Shown here: positions 51,476 to 60,000 of the stretch, piece after piece
Layout: every line of letters starts with the position of its first letter
Position numbering within the stretch: the first letter of the stretch is position 1
Assembly: GCF_018977255.1 (NCBI RefSeq)
Contig: NW_024704742.1
Coordinates: 87,608,001-87,668,000, forward strand
Source of the DNA: Callorhinchus milii
Lineage: Eukaryota
Length of the DNA stretch: 60,000 nucleotides
Direction: 5' to 3'
Translations under genes and position numbers: made by a program
The notes under the pieces: model-generated
What the model saw: the letters and a program-made list of their open reading frames with translations, nothing else
What the model was told of the DNA's origin: nothing
Database searches by the model: none

Positions 51476-53294
51476 AGGTTGCTGACCACTTGAGCCTGCA
51501 GCTCACCAATCTTGTTTGCTAAAGTCCATGCATTTAGGCATATGCACTCCAAGACCAACTTGACCTGTTTTGTGCTCCACCCCCCCGTTTTATTTCTCCA
51601 TTTTCTAGCTCTTCGTTTTTTGCATTCCCTTCCCCCTCAAAACTAATTTAAACCCTCCCCAACAGCATTAATTAGCCTGTCTGCAAGGACATTCACCCCA
51701 GCCCTGTTTAGGTGTAACCTATCCATATAGTACAGATCCCACCTGCCCCAGAACTGGTCCCAATGATCCATAAACCTGAAGCCCCCTTTTCTGGACCATT
51801 TCTCCAGCCAAGCATTCATATGCTTGATCCTGCCATTATGGTACTTATTTGCCCGAGGCACAGAGAGTAATCCACAGATCACCACCTTGGATGTTCTATT
51901 CTTTAGTTTGTTCCCCAGCTTTTGATATTCTCCCTGTAGCGTCTCAGCCCTTTTTTTTAACCAATATCATGGATCCCCACCTGGTCCACCATTTCTGGAT
52001 GTTCTCCTTCCCCCTGAAGAATTTTATCCACCCGTTCCGTGATGTCTAAGACTGTTGCACCAGGCAGGCAACATACCATCCTTGACTCCCGTCTTTGGTT
52101 GCAGAAACGCCTGTCTATACCTCTCACTGTTGTATCCCCTATGACAACAGCATTGCTCCTGTTACCTGTGTCCCTCTGTTCAACCAATCGGTTTATACTT
52201 TCCCCTTGGAGGTACCAACACTCTCAATGTTCAGTACAGAGTATCAGTTTGAGAGTGCTACACTATTGGGGGCATTCTGCCCTGCCCGTCACCTCTTCCT
52301 ACCATGCCGGACAGTCACCCAGTCATTTTCCATCTGAACCCTCGGTGGCTGTGGGGTGACCACCTCCTGAAGTGTCTGGTCCATCAAATCCTCACATCCA
52401 CTGTACAAGTTTGAAGCCCAAAGCTCCATCACCACTCTCTTAGGGGTCCCATTATCTGCAGGATTGATAAAGCTATCCTGTCCCTGACCATTAACCAGAT
52501 GCAAGCATCTCCCGAGCCTCAGGGGAGTGATGGTTTCCTCCATTATACTGTCCAGGAACCTCTCACTGTCCCAGATGGAGCGCAGTGTCTGCACCTTGGC
52601 TTCCACCTCAGCTACCCTCAGCTGGAGCTTCCTGAATTGCACTTGCTGCAGACGGAGTTGCCCGGGCTCAGGGCGTCCTCCATTAATTCCCACATGTCAC
52701 AGTCCTCACATTTCATTTGTCACATAGTAATAATAATAATCCTTGCATTTGATATAGCATTTTTCACATCTTCTAGACGTCCCAAATTCTTCACAAAATA
52801 TACTGTAAAGTGAATTGACTGTATATTTGTGAGCGAACGCGGCAGCCAATTGCGCACAGCAATGTCCTACACACAGTCATGGATTAAAAATGACCAATTT
52901 AGTATTGTTTTTGTTTTTTTAGAGGGATTATTATTAGGCGTGTGAAGTAAGGAAACTTGCCCAAGGTTTCTCCCTGCCTGGAATTGAACTCGGGTCTCTC
53001 ACTTGCAAAGCGAGTGCTCTAACCACTGAGCTACAGGACTCCACATCATCTCACACAGTGTTTTCAATATATATTTTTTTTACTTTTTGTTTTTATTTGT
53101 CGTTAGTGTTGTAGTTTCTGACAGTTCCTTGTTTGTCGATGTCTCCCTGGTTCTGCTGTTGAAAATGATGTCACACCAACGTCACTTTTTCTTTTCTTCG
53201 TCTATCCGACAGTAGCTTACCTCAGCCACTCCTTTTATGCTGCTTGCTCTGCCCAGGCTCCGCCTCCACTCTGTCCTGACTCCTTTCCCCGAAT
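51472..53294 (-). mobile_element. CR1-clade LINE 5' part: 5' UTR, degenerate ORF1 (zinc finger/coiled coil plus SGNH esterase) and first codons of ORF2
   Basis: Minus-strand motifs LQLRVAEVEAKVQTLRSI, DWVTVR, AVVIGDTTVRGIDRRFC, VCCLPGA and DRLHLNRAGVNVLA, followed by the ORF2 start LECICLNAWTLANKIGELQAQV. Confidence 0.85.
52726..53041 (-). mobile_element. full-length tRNA-derived SINE nested in CR1 ORF1
   Basis: Reverse complement of the same SINE family. Target-site duplication CACAT at 52721-52725 and 53042-53046. Confidence 0.93.
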
Positions 53295-56200
53295 GACAAT
53301 AGATTAGAAAGGGAAAAACTGTTTCCACTGGTGGACTCGAGGTCACAGATTTAAAACAGTATCTAAAAGAAGCAGAGGGGAGGTGAGAAGAATTTTTTTC
53401 ACGCAGCGAGTTGTTCGAATCTGGAACGCATTGCCTGAAAGTGGAGGCCGATTCGATAACAACTTTTAAAAACGCAGTGGACGGGTATTTGAGGAGGACG
53501 GGTTTGCAGGGTTATGGGGAAAGAGCTGGGGAGTGGGATTGACATTACATTGCTCTTTTCAAAGAGCCGGCACAGACTCAATGGGCCGAATGGCCTGTTT
53601 TTGTGCTGTACGATTCTATGACTCTATGAAAGCTTGGCAATCCATTGTCCTTAAAATGAAGCTTCAATCATAAATGGAGTTTAAAAAGTCACCAGAAAAC
53701 GTTGAGATGCATATCACGTCAACAAATAACTGAAGAACAACGGGTTAACATTTTGGAAAGAAGCCTTTACCGGAAACGGACTTGTTGGGCCGGAGCAAAC
53801 ATTTGAGAATTGAAAAGTAAAGTAGGGCAAGACGAAGAAACAAACATATTAAGGAAACAGTTGAAAATTCACGTCTACAATAATAACTAATCCCAAAGGG
53901 AGGCAGTTAATGGAACATCAACAGATATTTTAAAATGCTGGAAAGAAAATGTTAAAGAGGCCGTACATGCTACAAAGGTAAACTCAAGGGATGGCTTTTA
54001 AAGCATAAGTACTGCCCTGCCCAATAATGTTCCAGATAAATTGGTAATTCACTTTATGACTGCTTGTTGGACTTTATGCATAAATTGACTACGTTTGTTA
54101 ACAATTACGCACTCGTTATACTTGACAGCGATTACACGTGAAGTGCTTTGACATTTTGAAAATACAAGCACCTTTTTGAAATTATTATTAATTCATTGCT
54201 AGGATATTTACCTAGCGCTGCAAGAATCTGATAGTACAGTGTAATGTGGTGGTGGGGGGGTGGGGGATTGCATTGTGAGACGTTAAAAAACCAAGATCAC
54301 GAATGAATGTGGACTTGAAGGATCCTATGACACTATCGGAAAAGAGAATTACATTTTTTCCAGTGTCCTGGCCAACAATTTACCCAGATAAAATTGCTCA
54401 CTCACTTAATGGCTGTTTGTGGGCTGCTGCTGTACCTAATTTGGCTGCCGTGTTCACCTGCAAACAGTACTAGACTTTGCAGTAAATCCTGTGAAGCGTT
54501 TTGAGATGGTTCAACGACATGATAAGGTGGCTAGCAAACACAAGGAATTTTATTATTATAATAATTGCACAGAGCTAAGGAGCAAATATTGCTGAATGTA
54601 GAAATGTTTCTCCTTAATCACAGGGTTGTTTCAGTTCTAGAATGCCCACAAGCAGTGCACCATGGCAAATTGTTTCCCTTGCAGTGCTGGGCAATTCAAA
54701 TCACTTCCAATAGTAGCACAATTTGGAGCCGAACACGGCATTTCTATTCCCTGTTCTAAAATTGCTTTTTACTAAAATTGCTCTCAACGTAGTTTAACAG
54801 GCAGTCTCCAGCGCAATACACTTCAAGTTTGTAACCCCCAATTTTGATTTATATACAGTATATATAGCAAAACCTGCTGAAAGGAATGACCTCCTTGGGG
54901 ACAATTCTAAGGGAAAGTATTATTGATCTCAACAAGGATTGCAATCATCTTAAGAAGCATCTTAAAATAATTGCTAACATCTTAAAGGTTGGGTTAAGAA
55001 ACCAACCAGAATTGTTTCTGCCAGTTAAAGAACTAAGTATGAGCTTATTAAAACTGCTGCAACAACGTCAGATATCTAAGGCAGAACAATGAGAATTTAT
55101 ATTTATACAGTGACTTTTTAAATCAAGAGGATGTCACAAAGTGCTTCACACAACTGACTGGGAGCCCGAATGGGGGAAGATAGGCAGAGCGGGGAGAGAA
55201 AAGGAGGCTGAAAGCAGAGTAGAATTAATGTCACTGCTTCCTTTAAGTGAACACTGGAATTGACTATTCAAAAGGCATTCTTTAGGCTCCTATACATTTA
55301 AATTATCATTCCTTATTAAATGGCACCTCTTCACAAGTCCCTATGAATGCAGACTATGTTTAATGCCGGCATCAATAAATCACATGTCCGGAACAAAAAA
55401 TCAATCTAGGTAATTTTAAAACGAACAATCCTACAACTTATGAAAAAGCTAAACCAATAACAGACAGAGTACTTGCAATGCATAACATAGAAGGAGAAGC
55501 TGCACTATATTCATTCAGATTCAGTTTCATGCATTATGCAGGAAGGGAAGCCTTTCTAGGCAGTTCACACACAATGGCAACAGTAATCTTGAGAAAGCAT
55601 ATCGACGCTATAAAGATTTGCAATTTTGCCTGTTTCAGTAATTTTGCAGTACAGTATTCTAAACTGCAGCTTCATGGTTTGATGCAAATGGTACAGTCAG
55701 CAAATACAACCAATCATTATATTGGCTCTAATTAGAAAACAAATTGTATTCTTCCCATGTAATTGGTTTATCAACATAGTGTTGTTAGGTTTCTCCACTT
55801 GATGTGATAGTTGACAAGTCAGACATCAATAATATAAATATAATCAATAATAATCCTTACATTTAATGTAGCGCCTCATCACCTTGTTGAGGTACCACAA
55901 AGTGTTTCACAAGATTTTCTGTAAAGTGGAGTGACTTTTTTTTGCAGGTGAACCCAGCAGCCAACCTACACACAGCAACAACATTCCACAAATAGCTATG
56001 AAGCAAAAGACCCATTTTGTCTGGGAGATTGTTGGTCAGAATACTACAAATATGTAGGAAATTAACTATTCCCACTGTTCAGAAGAATGTAAACTGTATC
56101 TAACTCAACAGTCAATCAATCCCCTCTGCCTAACCCTCCACCACAGACATTGATCACAACATAGACATTGCCCTAACACTGCATTGGGGACAGATTTAAT

Positions 56201-57072
56201 ATTTGTGTTCAGTTGCTCAGCAGCAGCTTGCTTCCAATTGCCCTAAAGTTTTTAACAAGGTATTTGGGTTCAGGACAAACCAGTCCACCAATTGTCCCAG
56301 ACATGAGCCTGTTTCCTATCAGAGGAATAAAAGAACACATCAGTCAGTTGGGAGATGTTTGTCTGCTCCCCTTCGGTACTGTTTTTAAAAAAAAGTTAAT
56401 ATACTTTACAGTAATTGATTTGCAGTTTAGACTTCTGCTTTTGGCAGAATCAGTGATATGTTTCCTTTGCAATTGGCCACACTGCTGCTATTGGCATTAT
56501 GGAAGCCATCTACCCAACTAAATCCCCATCAGCCAGGAAGGTACTGGCTTTGATTACTGTCAGTCAATGGTACCTGAGGAAGCTGCAGGGATGGTGCAAT
56601 TGGCTTTTAAATCCATTGTTGCTGCTATAGCCTGCACTTGTAGTTTTATACTAGTCTTTTGTGCCTTGCAAAATCTCTTGCAAAAGCCCTTGAAGACCAG
56701 ATATATGGGGATATCTTTCAGTGCATACCTCTTTGAAACACGATGCTGATCTGCAGGCAATACATCACTGATTTGCAGCCACAGCAGCTCTTGTGGGCAA
56801 AGTAAAATAATCGTTGCATTTGATAACAGTTCAGTATCACGGTGACTCTTCAACATAATGCATGCTTTGTGCTGCTCCAGTTATGTTTGGTAGTCTCTGA
56901 TCCTCTTTATTGTGTGATTATCAGATTTTTCACCCAAAGAGGCGCACTGTTTTTTAGATGGCCTTTAAGTTACCAATTTTCTGATGGGCTTAAAAACTAT
57001 CTAAGCAAATTCTAATTTGGGCTGAGAGCAGATCTTTCTTCTTAGTATTCTTAGTATTGTTTTGAAATACAG

Positions 57073-57167
57073 AAGTGCTGTAAAGCAACTCTATGGACCA
57101 CCAGCTTCAGAATGGAAATGTGATGGAGAGGAAGACTGTAGTGATGGAAGTGATGAACATTTCTTTG
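57073..57167 (+). pseudogene. vldlr: decayed LDL-receptor class A exon of the VLDLR-like gene (most like repeat 1)
   Basis: 57113-57167 reads WKCDGEEDCSDGSDEHFF, then a phase-1 GTagg donor. The last Cys is replaced by Phe and the N-terminal three Cys cannot be recovered in frame. The 5' boundary is uncertain. Confidence 0.7.
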
Positions 57168-58499
57168 GTAGGTGACTTGAGGGTTAAAGGTGTTCAGACT
57201 GACTGGCTGCTTGTATGTTTGAACTCTACATCCATTAACCAGCTACCAGCTACAACTACTTTTAAATTAGATTGGATTTTCTGCTAATTCAATACAATTT
57301 ATCAATCAATCTGGGCTAAAAAGTTGCAGCGAAACGTATTTGTATAACCAACTCTTTTAATATGATCTGCAGCACAACAGAAGATGCTTGTAAATAAAGC
57401 TTATTCTTTGTGGAGGCGGGTGGGCATCTCGTGGAGCTGGTTTGAAATTGTGGAATTAAGACAACTCTTGTTGATGGAACTGGAAAGGGTAAGGTTCTTC
57501 CCACTTGCTCTTGTGAACCAACCCTGCAAGCCAAAGTACTAGCAGCTGCAAGTTTGCCAGCCAGCACTCTCAATGATGAGTTTGCTGTTTTAGATGACTA
57601 AGCTCCAGCAGTACTTCAACCACACTCTGGGGTCCCCAAGTCTTGGCTCTCACCAAACTGTATCTAATGCACTGGAGAATTGATTAAGTGACGTGTACCT
57701 CCAGAGAGTGCATTACTGGTTCCAGATGGAAATTTCCATTTGTAGGTGGCATGCATACGACATTCTGTCTGATTTGGTTACTAGTAATGCATTTCTAATT
57801 GTGCCAGACACCCAGCTGACCAAAAAAAGGATACTTACAAAACTAATAGAGAAGGCTTTCATAACACAAAGCGAATTAACAGGAAGTGTGGAAACGTGGA
57901 TGTGAGAAGAGAGTTTTGCTCCCAGGGACTAGGATTGGTTGGGATGAAGTGATGTTCCTGTGTGTTTGCACCATAAACACATGATTGAACACGATGAGTG
58001 TTGGGGTGACATTTATGAAACAGTAGTAAAAATGTAGGCTTTAGAATAGGGGTGGAGGGATGACAGAGTTGGTATTGTTTAACTGGTCATTGTAAGAAGG
58101 GCAAAGAATTGTTTTGGAAGCACAACGTACCAAGATGTTGAATCTGTTAGAACAGAAATAGGCCATGCAGACAATTAGATTGGCAGTAGAGATGCTATGA
58201 ATGTCTTTACTTCAGTTTGCGCATTAAATTAGACCTTTCCAGAAAACTTAAACTTTATCTTTATTAATGCGGAAAATAAGTAAATTTTGCAGCTTCAATT
58301 TAACTTTTAAAAATTTTAAAAATCGTAATGTGGAACCTCTTTAAAACTAGAATTAGTGTGTGGGGGAAGAAGGGAGAAGGAGAGCGGCGAATTAGAGGAA
58401 AGAAAAGGACTGAGTCTTGGGTGTTTCCAATTGAGACAAGTTGTCAAACGAGCGGAGCCAACAGATCTCAACGTTAAATGGTGATTTTGTCTTTTCCAG

Positions 58500-59203
58500 C
58501 CCAGTCCACTTGCAGTTCTCTAGAACTCACATGCTCCAGTGGCCGATGTGTTTCTCAGACTTTTGTGTGCAATGGGGAAGATGACTGTGGTGATGGAAGT
58601 GATGAACAAGGGTGTCGTACATCTATCTGGAGTCCTGTAGCTCAGTGGTTAGAGCACTCGCTTTGCAAGCGAGAGACCTGAGTTCAATTCCAGGCAGGTC
58701 AGGGCGAAACCTTGGGCAAGTTTCCTTACTCCACACAGAGCCTAATAATAATCCCTCCAAAATAAAAAACAATAATAAATTGGTCATTTTTCAATCTACG
58801 ACTGTTTGTGGGACATTGCTGTGCGCAATTGGCTGCCGCGTTCGCCCACAAATATACAGTCAATTCACTTTACAGTCTATTCTGTGAAGCGCTTTGGGAC
58901 GTCCTCCCGACGTGAAAAGCACTACATCAAATGCAAGGATTATTATTATTATTATTATCTGTGGGCCACATGAGTTTCAGTGCAAGAACTCTGAGTGTAT
59001 CCCACTGACCTGGGTGTGTGACAACAATGCTGACTGCACTGATCGATCTGATGAATCTCGAGACAGCTGTGGCCATACCCTTCCTCCTCCTGTGACCTGT
59101 TCTCTGAGTGAAATGCCATGTGATTCAGGAGAATGTATCCACCACCTATGGTACTGCGATGGTGGGATTGACTGCAAAGATGGAAGTGATGAAGCTAATT
59201 GTT
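58500..59203 (+). pseudogene. vldlr: VLDLR-like three-LDLa-repeat exon (exon 5 equivalent) disrupted by a SINE
   Basis: ttccAG acceptor and GTaag donor. 58500-58628 plus 58961-59203 rejoin into a 372-nt open exon: [63 protein letters not shown]...[28 protein letters not shown]. The 332-bp insert brings an in-frame TGA at 58679-58681. Gene identity rests on repeat sequence, exon structure and position downstream of smarca2. Confidence 0.88.
58629..58955 (+). mobile_element. full-length tRNA-derived SINE with (ATT)n tail, inserted in the vldlr exon
   Basis: tRNA-Ala(TGC)-like head GGAGTCCTGTAGCTCAGTGGTTAGAGC with A/B boxes, tail ATCAAATGCAAGG(ATT)n, and target-site duplication TATCT(G) at 58624-58629 and 58956-58961. 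Confidence 0.95.
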
Positions 59204-59738
59204 GTAAGTCGAAAATTCTATAAGCTTTAGGTATGTACATGTGGGAAGGGGCACATGAGGACAGATTTGTGGGTCTCCTAATTATCACAAGCCAGTTCTT
59301 TCTGCTCTGAATTCCATGCTGTTTGATGGGGTTGTTGTGCCAACAATCTGGTGAAAATCTTTCTGAGGAACTATTTGAAGGCTCTAGAACCTCATTTCAT
59401 ATCTTAGATCTTCATGGGAGTGAGTGGCTTTTACTCAGTAAAATACTGTAANTTTTTTCTGACTTTAGGACAATCGCTATAGCATAAGATGTTTTCTGCA
59501 AGCGAGGTAACTTCTGGGGATTGCATTATACATTGGGGATTTTGAGCCTTTCTTTGTTGAAACATGGAGGGAATGGTTGTCGTTCAAAAAGAATGGGGCA
59601 AATTGTGAACATTGCTAACCTATCGGAGCTCTTGTGGCTAGTTTTATAATAGTCAAGTCTTTACATTCAAATCGTTTGCATGCTAAATATTAATGTGAGA
59701 AGATTTCCTGCAACATTTCACTTCCATTTTTGTATCTG

Positions 59739-59861
59739 CTGCTCAAACGTGTAGACCAGGTCAGTTCAGATGTGGTAACAGCAGCTGCATCCCTGAAAGC
59801 TGGGAATGTAACAAAATGATGAACTGCATTGATGGCAGCGATGAGGTCAACTGCACGAAAG
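59739..59861 (+). pseudogene. vldlr: VLDLR-like single-LDLa exon (exon 6 equivalent) with mutated acceptor
   Basis: 123-nt frame AQTCRPGQFRCGNSSCIPESWECNKMMNCIDGSDEVNCTK, then a GTagg donor. The expected acceptor position (59737-59738) reads TG, not AG. Confidence 0.85.
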
Positions 59862-60000
59862 GTAGGTGTCCGATCTGAATTATAGGCTTCAAATGTTCAA
59901 TAAATGTTCTCTCCTTAAACGTTTATCATTCTTTCCTCCACAAGTCAGACATCAATAATATAAATATAATCAATAATAATCCTTGCATTTAATGTAGCGC

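Noticed and set aside
41517..51560. Idea that the CR1 5' part (51472-53294) and the CR1 ORF2 (38676-41517) are one element split by the smarca2 segment
   Set aside because: They overlap by about 9 codons with different sequence (AQVVSNLY versus AQIETNRY) and differ greatly in decay, so they are separate elements.
58629..58700. tRNA-Ala(TGC)-like sequences (also at about 19458, 29644, 52970, 7120 and 5600)
   Set aside because: They are SINE heads, continuing into SINE body sequence (usually the shared core and (ATT)n tail), and they vary between copies. They are not tRNA genes.
58977..59288. Minus-strand 103-aa ORF
   Set aside because: It is an antisense shadow of the vldlr exon.
42074..59861. 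SMARCA4-LDLR assignment (a paralogous gene pair that is also adjacent)
   Set aside because: The bromodomain residues and C-terminus match SMARCA2, the LDLa repeats resemble VLDLR, and dmrt1 is linked.

Overview
Eukaryotic (vertebrate) genomic DNA rich in transposons. The CR1 and L2 LINEs and tRNA-derived SINEs best fit a cartilaginous fish (inference). There is one 25-N assembly gap at 34930-34954 and no prokaryotic features. The window holds pieces of three genes from the conserved vertebrate block dmrt1-dmrt3-dmrt2-smarca2-vldlr, in a collapsed and rearranged state. (1) An intact dmrt1 exon 3 (+, 27708-27994) has no recognisable exon 4/5, dmrt3 or dmrt2 after it. (2) One smarca2 bromodomain exon is inverted (-, 34101-34206), while the last four smarca2 exons are intact on + (42074-45852). 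(3) A VLDLR-like gene is clearly pseudogenised, with a SINE inside a coding exon, an AG>TG acceptor mutation and a decayed LDLa exon. This layout fits an inversion/deletion with breakpoints in dmrt1 intron 3 and a smarca2 intron. It leaves dmrt1 exon 3 in the same strand and phase as the terminal smarca2 exons, so an in-frame DMRT1-SMARCA2 chimera is possible. Main hypothesis: a degenerate duplicate of the dmrt1 region carrying a truncated or chimeric dmrt1, resembling medaka dmy or Xenopus dm-w, and hence a candidate sex-determining locus. The DM-domain exons are not in the window, and mis-scaffolding at the gap cannot be excluded.
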